Translations under genes and position numbers: made by a program
Part shown: positions 10,279 through 20,584 of the stretch, one piece after another
How the letters are laid out: each line of letters begins with the position of its first letter
How positions within the stretch are numbered: the first letter of the stretch is position 1
Assembly (NCBI GenBank): GCA_963727825.1
Contig: CAVSHO010000001.1
Span: 320,001 to 384,000 of the forward strand
Source of the DNA: Ignavibacteriota bacterium
GTDB lineage: Bacteria > Bacteroidota > Ignavibacteria > UBA10030
Length of the DNA stretch: 64,000 nucleotides
Direction of reading: 5' to 3'
The notes under the pieces: model-generated
The model's input: only the letters and a program-made list of their open reading frames with translations
Database searches by the model: none
Told to the model about the DNA's origin: nothing

Positions 10279-10440
10279 AGTAGCAATGGCAGGCGAGAAG
10301 GTGCGCTTCCATATACTCTTTTCTTGTGCACCAACCCACTTCGGAAAAACGAATATACCTGTCAACATCATGACCATTGACAGGATCATTAGCTGATTTT
10401 CTATGGAAGCCGCATTTCATAATGTTAGAGGAGCATATCA

Positions 10441-11805
10441 ATGAACGCACTATCAGCCGCCCGGGTTGCCGTTTATATTTCAACGGTGGATTCCTTCTTT
10501 GTCGAGCATCCGGCCATCGACGCCGGTTCAACCCTGCCAGACATCACCGTATACCCCAACAAGAGCCGCCAGACCATTGAAGGCTTCGGCGGCTGTTTCA
10601 ATGAAAAAGGTTGGGAGGCGCTCTCGGTGTTGAGCCGGGAAGAACGCGGAGCGGTTATGCACAGAATCTTCAATCCGGTTGACGGCCTCGGTTTTTCCAT
10701 CTGCCGTGTACCCATCGGCGCAAACGATTATGCGCTTGATCGCTACACTCTGAATGAAACTCCATTTGATTACGAGATGAAGAACTTCTCCATTGAGCGT
10801 GACCGGATCAATCTTATTCCTTACATCAAAGATGCAATGTCCATCCAGCCGAAGCTCCGTCTCTGGGCGTCGGCCTGGACTCCTCCGACCTGGATGAAGG
10901 ATAACCGGAAATTTGATTCGGGCAACTTCCTCGATGACCCGAAGATCTACCGGGCATATGCACTCTACCTTCTTAAGTTCATCCAGGCCTACCGGCAGGA
11001 AAGCCTGCCCATTGAGGCAGTAGCAGTGCAGAATGAACCCGGTACTCTCACCAACTACCCCTCCTGCGACTGGACTGCGGTCCAGTATCTGAGCTTCATC
11101 CGCGATTACTTAGGCCCACTCTTTCAAAAGGAAGAGATGTACGATGCGATCATGCTCGGCACATTCAACCAGCCGAAACTTGCCGGTCACGCGCTCACCG
11201 TTCTTCTCGATCCGCAGGTCCGACGGTTCGTTTCCCTTGCCGGCATGCAGTGGGACAGTCTGAGCTTTATGGACCAGTTGAAGACGGCCGCGCCCGGCCT
11301 TACCGTCTGGCAGACCGAAACCGACTGCGGGAATTGGTTCTGGCTGCCGAACTTTAATCCTGATAAACCGGCGAACGACATTTTCTATGCGGGGTTCACC
11401 TGGGAAAAAATCCGCGACTGGCTAAAAGCCGGCGTAACAGTTTACGAACTTTGGAATATGGTGCTCAAACCGGAAGGGAAGAACATCGATTCGATAAGAC
11501 CCTGGCCACAGAACTCGCTTATTACGGTTGATCCTGCAACTCACGCAATCCGATATACACCACTATTCGGTGCTGTCGGAAGTTTCTCGAGATTCGTACC
11601 CCCCGGCTCGCGAATGATCGAAACGGAGGGAATATCCGCCGAAGCGGATGTCGTTGCATTTCTTGATACGTCCGGCCGCGTCGTCATAGTGCTTTACAAC
11701 AGGAAAGAAGCTTCTGCTTCCATCAAAGTGCAAGTGCGCAACAGCGTTCACGCGGTGAATATGCCGCCGCAGAGCTTCGCAACGCTGGTGGTGCCCGGAA
11801 AATGA
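10441..11805 (+). CDS. Glycoside hydrolase family 30 (glucosylceramidase-like)
   Basis: QTIEGFGG, CRVPIGANDY, ASAWTPPTWMK, VQNEP (acid/base), WQTE (nucleophile). Confidence 0.9.
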   Translation: MNALSAARVAVYISTVDSFFVEHPAIDAGSTLPDITVYPNKSRQTIEGFGGCFNEKGWEALSVLSREERGAVMHRIFNPVDGLGFSICRVPIGANDYALDRYTLNETPFDYEMKNFSIERDRINLIPYIKDAMSIQPKLRLWASAWTPPTWMKDNRKFDSGNFLDDPKIYRAYALYLLKFIQAYRQESLPIEAVAVQNEPGTLTNYPSCDWTAVQYLSFIRDYLGPLFQKEEMYDAIMLGTFNQPKLAGHALTVLLDPQVRRFVSLAGMQWDSLSFMDQLKTAAPGLTVWQTETDCGNWFWLPNFNPDKPANDIFYAGFTWEKIRDWLKAGVTVYELWNMVLKPEGKNIDSIRPWPQNSLITVDPATHAIRYTPLFGAVGSFSRFVPPGSRMIETEGISAEADVVAFLDTSGRVVIVLYNRKEASASIKVQVRNSVHAVNMPPQSFATLVVPGK

Positions 11806-11956
11806 TAGACAAACACTTATGTCATGTAACTGTATTGAAAGATTCGCTTACTTTCGTGAAATTAGAAATTACATACAGGCAACATTTAATTCATTAGCAT
11901 AAAGGATCTAGCGTGCGTTATATTTTACCAACAATTCGATAACAGAATAAATTACT

Positions 11957-12765
11957 ATGAAAATGATAAAGAGAAATATTATTATTAATTCTACTATGTT
12001 ATTTGTCATCGCTTCCATATTAGCCATGACATTGCATGAATTAGGACATTTCTTCACATCTCTTCTGGTTCATGCGCAACATATTTCCATCCATCATAAT
12101 TACACATCGAGTTCTGGTGAAGGACTTTCAGGTACTAGGTAACATATTGATTAAAGGTGCTGGGCCGGTAGTGAGCTTAATAATAGGAATCATTTTCCAT
12201 TTTATTTGTTCCCGACAAGTTCAACGCAATGCTCTCTTCCTCTTCAACGTTTATATGTCCCTAAACGGGTATATTAGTTTTTGGGGCTATTTAATAATTG
12301 CTTATTTGGTCCCTGGAGGTGATACCGGCTATGTCTGTTCTGTTTTGGGCTTTCCTGCTTGGCTCACCATTCTATTGGGATTTGCAGGAGCGGTTGCCTT
12401 ATATTTCACTATAAATAGTTTAATGAAGTATTTTGTATCGATGGGTTCAAAAGAGATCATAGAAAATGAAAAAGACAGGAAAGAGTTTATCCGTTTCTTA
12501 ATTCTTTTCCCTCTATTTAATCTGTCTTGTGATAATTACTTTACTCAATTTGCCAGTGCCAACTCTAGCAAGTATGATTGCTCCTATTTGTGGTCCTCTT
12601 ACCATTCTTTGTGGCTATAATAATGCGGCAGAGAAAAAGTATATTTTAAATGATGTGAATACAGAGTTTGAACAGTTTAATAAATTTAATTTTCAATTAT
12701 TTGGATTCTTTTTGTTAACAGTAATTCTCAACAGACTATTGGTATACGGCATTTATGTGAGCTGA
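11957..12765 (+). pseudogene. Membrane protein with HELGH (M50 peptidase-like) motif, split by two +1 frameshifts
   Basis: Three consecutive ORFs join if one G (12131-12132) and one A (12519-12520) are removed; HELGH, GAGPV, PGGDTG. Confidence 0.7.
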
Positions 12766-12796
12766 TATATCAATTTGAAAAACTCTATTAAATGTT

Positions 12797-13063
12797 GTCT
12801 AACCAGCGGTTCCACTGTCGAAGGTATCAATTTGTGAGAAGTGGTCACTTCGTGACAAGCTGACGGTTGCCAGATGGGTACGTTAAACATGGCTCGTATA
12901 GGTTTTAGTCTTAATAATTTCTTTTTCAGTCTGAACTCACTTCGTTAGTTGCATTGCGAAAATTATCAGTGCCGCAGTGGCGCTGTACGTTATGTCGTAG
13001 ATGGCGCTAAAAGCGACAGCACGGAACATGATAGTGTGAGGCGCCACTTAGCTTCGATTAGGC
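12797..13063 (+). repeat. Degenerate attC-like region (possibly two fused remnants)
   Basis: GTCTAACCAGCGG ... AAGCTGACGG ... ACGTTATGT; then GGCGCCACTTAGCTTCGATTAGGC. Confidence 0.45.
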
Positions 13064-13096
13064 GGCGAGCTGGTTTGTCGCAAAGGAGAATTTAAT

Positions 13097-13693
13097 TTGA
13101 GTAAAATCATTGTGCACTTAGGTTTGACCCTCGATGGTGTCATGCAGGCGCCAGCCAGGCCCGACGAAGATACCCGCGGTGGTTTCAAATATGGTGGTTG
13201 GTCAGTGCCTTATGTCGATCCTGTCTTCGCCGATGGTGTGCGGGAAGGAAATGCCCAGAAGCGTGCTTTTCTTTTCGGGAGGCGTACATATGAAGACTTT
13301 TATTCCGTCTGGCCTAAGCGCACGGACGGCAACCCATTTACTGAAGTGCTCAACAACTATCAAAAGTATGTGGCTTCAACGACATTGAAGGAACCGCTCC
13401 CGTGGATTAACTCCACACTTCTTAAAGGAGACGTGCCCTCAGCGGTCGGCGCACTCAAGGAGCATTTGGACATGAACCTCATTGTCCTCGGCAGTGGAGT
13501 CCTTATCCGATCGTTAATAAAACACAACCTCATTGACGAATATGCGATTTCTATTCATCCACTCGTTCTTGGCTCAGGAAGCCGTCTCTTTTCCGATGGA
13601 TGTCCCTTTGCGAATCTCAAACTTATTGATACTAAAACAACCAAAACCGGCGTAATAATTGCAACCTATCGACCGGACGAGAAACAAGAGTGA
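13097..13693 (+). CDS. Dihydrofolate reductase / RibD C-terminal family protein
   Basis: TLDGVMQAP, LFGRRTYE, KYVASTTL, GSGVLI, LIDEY, PLVLGSGSRLF; AAGGAG RBS before TTG. Confidence 0.88.
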   Translation: MSKIIVHLGLTLDGVMQAPARPDEDTRGGFKYGGWSVPYVDPVFADGVREGNAQKRAFLFGRRTYEDFYSVWPKRTDGNPFTEVLNNYQKYVASTTLKEPLPWINSTLLKGDVPSAVGALKEHLDMNLIVLGSGVLIRSLIKHNLIDEYAISIHPLVLGSGSRLFSDGCPFANLKLIDTKTTKTGVIIATYRPDEKQE

Positions 13694-13768
13694 CGCTGCC
13701 GACCTATTATGGCAACAACACTAGAAAAAAATATTTCACGTCAAGTGAATAAATAGAAAAGAGAAAAT

Positions 13769-15277
13769 ATGATGATGTCTTCTAAATCTACAATACATAA
13801 TATCTATGTTAGTGGCCTTTTTAATTCATTACGCTATTTTTTAAATACCTTAGCGGTTTTAACTATAGTGCTTTTAATTTTTAGTTTTCTCTCTTATTGT
13901 TATTCAGAACCGAAAGGCGTATCCAATTCTGCAAAAAAATGGGTTGGGACCTGGAGTACAGCACCACAGCTTGTGGAAACACGTAATATGCCTCCCTCAC
14001 CGGGCTTGACCAACAATTCATTGCGACAGATCATCCGGGTTTCAATCGGTGGAGACACTCTACAGATAAAATTCTCCAATGAATTCAGCACAAGCGCTGT
14101 TACGATGAAATCTGTTCAAATTGCCGTATCAACCGGAGGTAACACCATTAACGTGTCCACCAATAAAGAATTGAAATTTAATGGTAGCTCCGAGGTCACA
14201 ATGAATGCAGGTGTTGCGGTTACGTCAGATCCAATTGCATTCAATGTGACACCAAGGATGGATTTAGCAATCACCATTTACTTTGGCCAAACATCTGCCA
14301 CTGTGACTGGCCATCCTGGGTCTCGCACGACTTCATACATTATAACAGGAAACACGACTACGACAACCGATTTCACGGGTGCTGTCACAACAGATCATTG
14401 GTACAATATCAATGTGGTTGATGTACTGGCACCACCAAATGCAGCTTGTGTTGCTATTCTTGGTAACTCCATTACCGATGGACGAGGTTCAACGACAAAC
14501 ATGCAAAACCGATGGACAGATGTATTTTCAGAATCTCTTCTTAAAGATTCAAGTACTCAGCAAGTAGGTGTTCTCAATCTAGGCATTGGAGGTAATTGCG
14601 TGCTTTCCGGCGGTTTAGGTCCAACTGGAGTAAGCCGGTATGATCGAGACATTCTTAATCAGCAAGGTGTACGTTGGGCCATCATTTTTGATGGGGTGAA
14701 TGATATTGGCGGGGTCAGCTCTGCTGCTGCTGCAACAACAACAGCTAATAATCTTATTGCTGCCTACAAGCAGATGATTGTTAAAGCTCATACTAAAAAT
14801 ATCAAGATTTACGGTTGCACCATTCTACCTTTTAAGGGTAATGGTTACTATAATCAATACAGTGAATTATGCCGCAATACCATTAATCAATGGATTCGTA
14901 CCAAGGGCAATTATGATGGATGTATTGATTTCGATAAGGTGATGCGAGATCCGCAGGATACTACGAGACTCATGTCAACATATCAAAATGATGGTCTGCA
15001 CCCTGATGCGGCAGGATACAAAACGATGGGCGAGTCCATTGATCTAAACTTGTTTAATAAATCAGATACTACAACGCTTGGGATAAATTCTATAAGAACA
15101 TTTAATGGTTATATATTAGGGCAGAATTATCCAAATCCATTTAATCCGTCGACAAATACTTCTTTCAGTCTTCAATCAAAATCATTCGTGTCATTTAAAG
15201 CATTTAATACGATAAGAATAGAGTTGGCAACAATTGTCTCTGGAGTAGAGTCGATCGGAATTACTCGGCAACATTAA
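13769..15277 (+). CDS. SGNH/GDSL esterase with a degenerate T9SS C-terminal domain
   Basis: GNSITDG, GIGGN, GVND, DGLHP; QNYPNPFNPST tail ends early. Confidence 0.88.
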   Translation: MMMSSKSTIHNIYVSGLFNSLRYFLNTLAVLTIVLLIFSFLSYCYSEPKGVSNSAKKWVGTWSTAPQLVETRNMPPSPGLTNNSLRQIIRVSIGGDTLQIKFSNEFSTSAVTMKSVQIAVSTGGNTINVSTNKELKFNGSSEVTMNAGVAVTSDPIAFNVTPRMDLAITIYFGQTSATVTGHPGSRTTSYIITGNTTTTTDFTGAVTTDHWYNINVVDVLAPPNAACVAILGNSITDGRGSTTNMQNRWTDVFSESLLKDSSTQQVGVLNLGIGGNCVLSGGLGPTGVSRYDRDILNQQGVRWAIIFDGVNDIGGVSSAAAATTTANNLIAAYKQMIVKAHTKNIKIYGCTILPFKGNGYYNQYSELCRNTINQWIRTKGNYDGCIDFDKVMRDPQDTTRLMSTYQNDGLHPDAAGYKTMGESIDLNLFNKSDTTTLGINSIRTFNGYILGQNYPNPFNPSTNTSFSLQSKSFVSFKAFNTIRIELATIVSGVESIGITRQH

Positions 15278-15370
15278 ATGCAGCAAATATATCGAGCGGA
15301 ATTTTTTATATTTCACAGGTTGGCTCATTCATTGAAACTAAAAATTTATTTTACCAAGATAATAATTGCT

Positions 15371-15421
15371 GTCTAACCAAGCGCTTCCCGAGAGGATAAA
15401 CTTAGCGCCGATCCATTAGGG
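15371..15421 (+). repeat. Degenerate attC-like site
   Basis: GTCTAACCAAGCGCT ... CTTAGCGCCGATCCATTAGGG. Confidence 0.55.
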
Positions 15422-15435
15422 CGAATAAATATTTT

Positions 15436-15924
15436 ATGAAAGGTAGTCATATGAAACAACAGTGTCATATTTCCTTTGTCTACGGTAGTTGGCTCGTTCT
15501 TTTGTGCGGATTAATATTCTATTTGCTTAAAGGTGATTTTCTTCAAGCTTGTTTTTGGGTCATTTTTATCTCACTCTTTCTTTGGCTCTACATTCGCTAT
15601 TTCCCGGCTTTTTCTCGTTATATGGGATATGGATCAGTTGCAGATCAGCCTGCAAACGATATTCAACGAACAGAGACAAAAGTCATTCTCTATACCGGAA
15701 TCGGCTGCCCTTTTTGTCCGATTGTTAAAAGACGACTTATGGAGCTGCGATCTAAAATGGGTTTCGAACTAAGTGAAATTGATGTTACCCTTAGACCGAA
15801 TATATTAATTGCAAAAGGCATAAGAGCATTACCAGTAGTCGAGGTTGGGAAAGCTCATTGGATTGGAAATGCTACCAGTGATCAATTAGCAATATTTATA
15901 AAAAATAATTCTGTTGAAATTTAG
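15436..15924 (+). CDS. Membrane-anchored glutaredoxin-like protein
   Basis: Two N-terminal TM helices; YTGIGCPFC; GIRALPVV. Confidence 0.8.
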   Translation: MKGSHMKQQCHISFVYGSWLVLLCGLIFYLLKGDFLQACFWVIFISLFLWLYIRYFPAFSRYMGYGSVADQPANDIQRTETKVILYTGIGCPFCPIVKRRLMELRSKMGFELSEIDVTLRPNILIAKGIRALPVVEVGKAHWIGNATSDQLAIFIKNNSVEI

Positions 15925-15968
15925 ACGGATCTATCCGGGCACTCCCACCCACCAGCCTGCGATCTGAG

Positions 15969-16037
15969 AATGTTATTGCACAAAGTGCAATACAACTTTA
16001 TATTTAAATACTTTTTAACTTTGAACCCATTACAATT
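15969..16037 (+). repeat. Dispersed repeat of about 70 bp, copy 1, with palindrome TATTGCAC-aaa-GTGCAATA
   Basis: Aligns by eye with 17094-17164. Confidence 0.75.
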
Positions 16038-16241
16038 AGCATGGCGCTTAACGGTTGAGTATATTTTTAAAAGTAATATGCTGAAACGTGGTTTGTTTAA
16101 TACAAATATAAAAGTAAACATCACAGCAGCTTACTTGTTCGCCCTGCTTGACCGGCAGGCGAGTGTCTTTCCTGCCAGAATGAGTATCGGACTGGTTGGC
16201 GGAGTGCCAAATCCGTTAGGTAGCGCGAGAAAAGGACTACA

Positions 16242-16982
16242 ATGACATATTCTGCTCAACAATGGTCACAGATTTGGTCTTCAATAGATATTTTGGTATT
16301 CACAGTTGCTTTTATGATTTTTTTCCCGATTGCTGGATACTTGCTATTTCGAAGTCTCAAGAAATCGGACGATCTTAATCTTACATCAAGAAAGCTTTAT
16401 ACCTATGCATATATCATTCTATCAGAGTGGGCGTTTGTTATCGCTTTACTCTGGCTAACGCATCAACATGGTTTCTCGATAAGTGATCTCGGAGAGAACA
16501 TTGGAAATGTAAATCTAACTGTCATTGCCACCATTGTGCTACTTTTTGTTTTTATGGTGATGGTTTATTTCAATGTCAGACAGCTCCGTCAAATGAAGCT
16601 TGAGAAACTCGAAGCTGAGCTTGGTCATCTAAAAATGTTTCTTCCAAGTAATAGACTAGAGTTTATTGCCTTTATACTAATTGCTTTTACAGCTGGTATT
16701 TGTGAAGAGCTGCTTTATCGAGGTTGGTTGCAAAATCTACTTGCTTATGGAACAGGATCTGTTTGGGTTGGTCTTGTGTTGGGATCAGTGATCTTTGGTT
16801 TTGGGCATACGTACCAAGGTAAAATGGGAATAGTCCAGACAGGAATCATTGGGTTGATTTTTGGAGTTGTGTTTATTTTTACAAAGAGTCTCATAGCTAG
16901 CCAGATATTGCACGTAATTGTTGACGTTGTTAATGGTATTGTTGGCGGTTATGCATTTTCGCTTTTGAAAGCGAAATCATGA
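16242..16982 (+). CDS. CPBP/CAAX intramembrane glutamic protease family protein
   Basis: GICEELLYRG, FGFGHTYQG, ILHVIVD. Confidence 0.9.
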   Translation: MTYSAQQWSQIWSSIDILVFTVAFMIFFPIAGYLLFRSLKKSDDLNLTSRKLYTYAYIILSEWAFVIALLWLTHQHGFSISDLGENIGNVNLTVIATIVLLFVFMVMVYFNVRQLRQMKLEKLEAELGHLKMFLPSNRLEFIAFILIAFTAGICEELLYRGWLQNLLAYGTGSVWVGLVLGSVIFGFGHTYQGKMGIVQTGIIGLIFGVVFIFTKSLIASQILHVIVDVVNGIVGGYAFSLLKAKS

Positions 16983-17093
16983 AAATATTTTTTAGTCACG
17001 CGACCTAATCAAATCAGACACTCCCCAAAGGGATCTGCCAAGGATATGGCTTCAGCCCCCTTAAGTGGAAAGCTGACCAACCGGAGGCCTGAT

Positions 17094-17164
17094 AATGTTA
17101 TTGCACGAAGTATAATACAACTTTATATATAGGTACTTTATTTAACATTGAACCCACTACAATT
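17094..17164 (+). repeat. Dispersed repeat of about 70 bp, copy 2
   Basis: AATGTTATTGCACGAAGTATAATACAACTTTATAT...TTGAACCCACTACAATT. Confidence 0.75.
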
Positions 17165-17347
17165 TACATTGCGTGTATGGGTTTTGTTTTTGAATGAAAG
17201 TTAAATAAATGGGCTATACAAAGAGAAAATCCCGCAAAGCGGGATTACATTTTTATGGCTGCGCCTGTCTAGTATATATTGAAAATATACATCGCCATAG
17301 CTTATTTGGTAATTTTGAAAGCCACAAAGGTTGGAAAATATTGAACT

Positions 17348-18514
17348 ATGAATTTTATTAAGACTTTTTCCATAATTCTGTTTCTTGCACTTACATCCTG
17401 TTCACTTTTTAGATCTAGAGAACTGACGAAGTTACCAATCACAAACAATCCTAACTCGCTTGATTCGTCACAGGCGCAGGCCGTATTTGATCGCGCGCAA
17501 TATTTTCCAAACGGGACACAACTTTCTATTTGCATCATCACAGGCGATTCAGAAAAGTATGTTGGTATCGAGCGCCGCAACGATTCTCTAGTCTACGTCG
17601 AGAACAGTGACAGCGTTTTTGAAATAGGATCCATCACAAAAACATTTACCGGTACTATACTTGCAAAGCTCGTGTATGATAAGAAGGTCAACCTCGACGA
17701 CCCTATAAAGAATTATCTTCCTATCACTTTGAATCAATCTGCCCTTAATGGGAAGGAGATAACACTTGTTCAACTTGCCGAACATACATCAGGTCTGCCC
17801 TTTGAGCCAATCAATGTGAAGAATGATGACAAACATCCCTTTGATCCATATGCACCATACAAAAGCTATAGCATAGAACGGCTCTATGATTACCTATCGC
17901 ATCAACTGGTGTTACAGTCTACGCCAGGGGAAAAGCGTACATACTCCAATCTTGGCGGTGGCCTGTTGGGTCACATTCTGACATTATTTTCAAAAAAATC
18001 GTACGAAGAACTTTTGTTTGAAACGGTTTGTAAACCATTAAGAATGCAAAACACATTTGTTGACCTTACACCCGAGCGCATTCATCGAATGGTTCAGGGC
18101 AGATATCCGAATGGCGATTTGCTCCCTTTCGAAGATGGTGATTGTGGTGCGCTTACCGGCTGCGGCGGGATAAAATCCTCGGCCAGGGACCTCGTGAAAT
18201 ATCTCAAAGCGAACATAACTGATACGACTTACTTCTTCCTCGCCCAGAAACCTACAAAACAATTCGACGAGCACTTTTCGGGAGCGCTTGGTTGGGCACC
18301 CTACAGTGAGCGCGGTAAACATCATCAAGGAGCGTTCGGAGCCACCCCAGGCTATACATCCGGAATAATCTTTGAACGGAACTCACGGGTAGGGGTAGTT
18401 CTGCTGACGAATGTCTCTTCCTATCTGGCGGTGAAGGGCAACTATACGGAAGGACTTTGTCGTGCTCTCTACGATCCTCTTCCGTTTGCTGTTATAGATA
18501 AGAAGGGAAAGTAA
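17348..18514 (+). CDS. Serine hydrolase, beta-lactamase/AmpC-fold family lipoprotein
   Basis: Lipobox LTSC; FEIGSITK (SxxK), HTSGLP, YSN. Confidence 0.88.
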   Translation: MNFIKTFSIILFLALTSCSLFRSRELTKLPITNNPNSLDSSQAQAVFDRAQYFPNGTQLSICIITGDSEKYVGIERRNDSLVYVENSDSVFEIGSITKTFTGTILAKLVYDKKVNLDDPIKNYLPITLNQSALNGKEITLVQLAEHTSGLPFEPINVKNDDKHPFDPYAPYKSYSIERLYDYLSHQLVLQSTPGEKRTYSNLGGGLLGHILTLFSKKSYEELLFETVCKPLRMQNTFVDLTPERIHRMVQGRYPNGDLLPFEDGDCGALTGCGGIKSSARDLVKYLKANITDTTYFFLAQKPTKQFDEHFSGALGWAPYSERGKHHQGAFGATPGYTSGIIFERNSRVGVVLLTNVSSYLAVKGNYTEGLCRALYDPLPFAVIDKKGK

Positions 18515-18696
18515 GCTTGTCAATTATGTTGAAGCAGCGATGATATTAGAATAGGGCACTGCGCCAAATCAGAGGCGCTTCCCCAAGTGATTCTTTTGGA
18601 CAAGCTAATCACGGTTTGAAACGTGCTGAGATAGGCTCCTAAGCTATTATACTAATTATTTCAGTTCATAGGTACTCAATTGGATCCAAAATATAG

Positions 18697-20374
18697 CTAC
18701 ACCAGCAATGGTGCGAGCGGTTGAATGTATTGCTTATTCTGATTACTTAGAACTTGTTGAATCAACTGCGAAAACTCTGTGTGATCGAAAGGTTTGCGAA
18801 TAAATCCTGAAGCGCCATCCTGCAATACGGCACGCGTCGCTGTTTCATCGGTGTAACCGGTTGCAATGATCACTTTCACATCAGGATTAATTGTTTGCAA
18901 ATCGCGGAACGTTTCCTGTCCGCTTTTTCCGGGCATCAGCATATCGAGAATCACTAAATCGATCTTTTGGTCTTGAGCTTCGTAAATATGGATCGCTTCT
19001 TCACCGCTTGCAGCGCGAAGAACATGATAGCCGAGTGACTCAATAAATTCTCCATTGATAAAAAGAACCAGATCTTCATCATCCACGAGCAAGATTGTTC
19101 CTTCTCCCGAAATTGCAGGAGCCATCTGTATTTCTTCCTGTCGTATATGTGGTTTCTTGACAAGAGATCTAAAATAAATAGAGAACGTTGTTCCCTTACC
19201 GACTTCACTTGCGACTGTGATTTGTCCGCCATGGCGCTGCATTATGCCATACGCAACTGATAAACCAAGACCGGTGCCTTTTCCTACTGGCTTGGTAGTG
19301 AAGAATGGTTCAAAAATCTTTGGGAGAACCTCTGATGGAATTCCTGTGCCGCTGTCCTTGATATCCAATTGAACATAACTACCAGGATGAAATTGAGGTT
19401 TCCGTAAGCAATATTCCTCATTCAATTCAATCATCGAGGTCGAAATCCGAAGGGTTCCGCCGTTTGGCATTGCATCACGAGCATTCAACGAAAGATTCAT
19501 AATTACTTGCTGCAACTGCGTTTCATCTGCTTCGATTTGCTCAAGTTCTTGTTCAAGCGCTAATTCGACATGTATCCCTTTCCCGATCGAACGTTCCAAC
19601 ATACGGATGGTTTCACGGATGACTTCGTTGAGAGAAACAACTTTTTTATTGATAATATTCTTTTGAGAGAAGTCGAGCAATTGTCTGGTCAGTGATGCCG
19701 ATCGTTGAGCGGCGTTTTCGACAATCCTGCAATACTGCATCAGCTGGCGAGTCAGAAGGTATTTTCATTTTGAGCATTTGCGTGCCGGATAAAATGGCGC
19801 CAAGCATATTGTTAAAGTCATGGGCAATGCCGGCAGAGAGAGTGCCGATACTAGCCATCTTTTCTGACTGAAGAAGCTGATCGTCCTTGGTTTTGATCTC
19901 TTTCAATGCTTGCTGTAGCTGCTTATTTGCTTCGGCGAATTTGTTCCGATTCTGTTCCACCTCTTCGGCATGTTGAATTAATCGGATCCGCTGTTCCATC
20001 AAAACTCGGTCAATAGAGATCAGTCCTACATACTGGCCATCTCGCACGACTACAATATCTTCATAAACAGAATCGGATTTACGCACGAGTGCACGTTGTA
20101 CAATATCAGAGAACTGATGGTTAACACTCACAACCAGGAATTCTTTCAACATCAATTCTGTGACCGGTCGTTTTTGGTAAACCGCATAACCATATCGTGA
20201 GGAAAGAGCATCTGCGGTTTTCTTGGAGGATAGAAAACCAATTGGCTTATTGTCTTCAAGAACAACCAGAGATTGCGTTTTGTGTTTCTCAAACAATTCC
20301 ATGACTTGTTCACATGGTACTGTGGATTCGATTCCGGGAACAGGCGTAACTAACCGATCTGTTGTATTCTTCAT
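18697..20374 (-). pseudogene. CBS-pair hybrid histidine kinase (CBS-HisKA-HATPase-REC) split by a +1 frameshift near 19744
   Basis: 5' ORF has a CBS pair and GIAHDFNN (H-box); 3' ORF has NLSLNARDAM, DSGTGI, FFTTK, GTGLGL and a receiver (VILDMLMP); removing one base gives DSPLMQYCRIV. Confidence 0.85.
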
Positions 20375-20441
20375 GATATTTCCTCGAAATATATGCGCAG
20401 TGAAACTTCAGTATTACAAACGGCAAAATATGCCATGGAGA

Positions 20442-20540
20442 TATTAGATGAGTATCATGAAAGAGTTATCAATTTGAAAAAAAACAGCCAGAAGGGTTTT
20501 ATTTACAGTTTTCTAATGACTTGATTATCTTCCGGTAACA
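20442..20540. promoter_or_regulatory. Back-to-back Pho-box-like arrays for the CBS kinase (-) and olsF (+)
   Basis: Plus: TTTACA 20502, CTAATG 20513, ATTATC 20524, GTAACA 20535; minus: ATAACT, ATGATA, CTAATA at 11-bp period (20442-20469). Confidence 0.55.
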
Positions 20541-20584
20541 TAGTAACAGTATGTTATTCTACTTATTGTAAGGAAGACAAATTC

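Larger units (their letters stand above)
9862..18610 (+). mobile_element. Decayed gene-cassette-like array (CALIN-like; no integrase seen)
   Basis: Eight unrelated genes all on +, separated by CTAAC... / ...CCGTTAGGY-type ends at about 10240-10278, 12797-13063, 15371-15421, 16215 and 17003. Confidence 0.55.

Noticed and set aside
13097-13693. Trimethoprim-resistance dfr gene
   Set aside because: The motifs match the RibD C-terminal/DHFR-like family rather than a canonical FolA/DfrA; resistance is not supported.
15970-16245. 91-aa ORF before the CAAX protease
   Set aside because: It runs through the duplicated non-coding element and an attC-like end; the second copy of the element lacks an equivalent ORF.
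17348-18514. True beta-lactamase resistance gene
   Set aside because: SxxK and YSN are shared by many esterases and peptidases of this fold, and the KTG-type motif is not evident.
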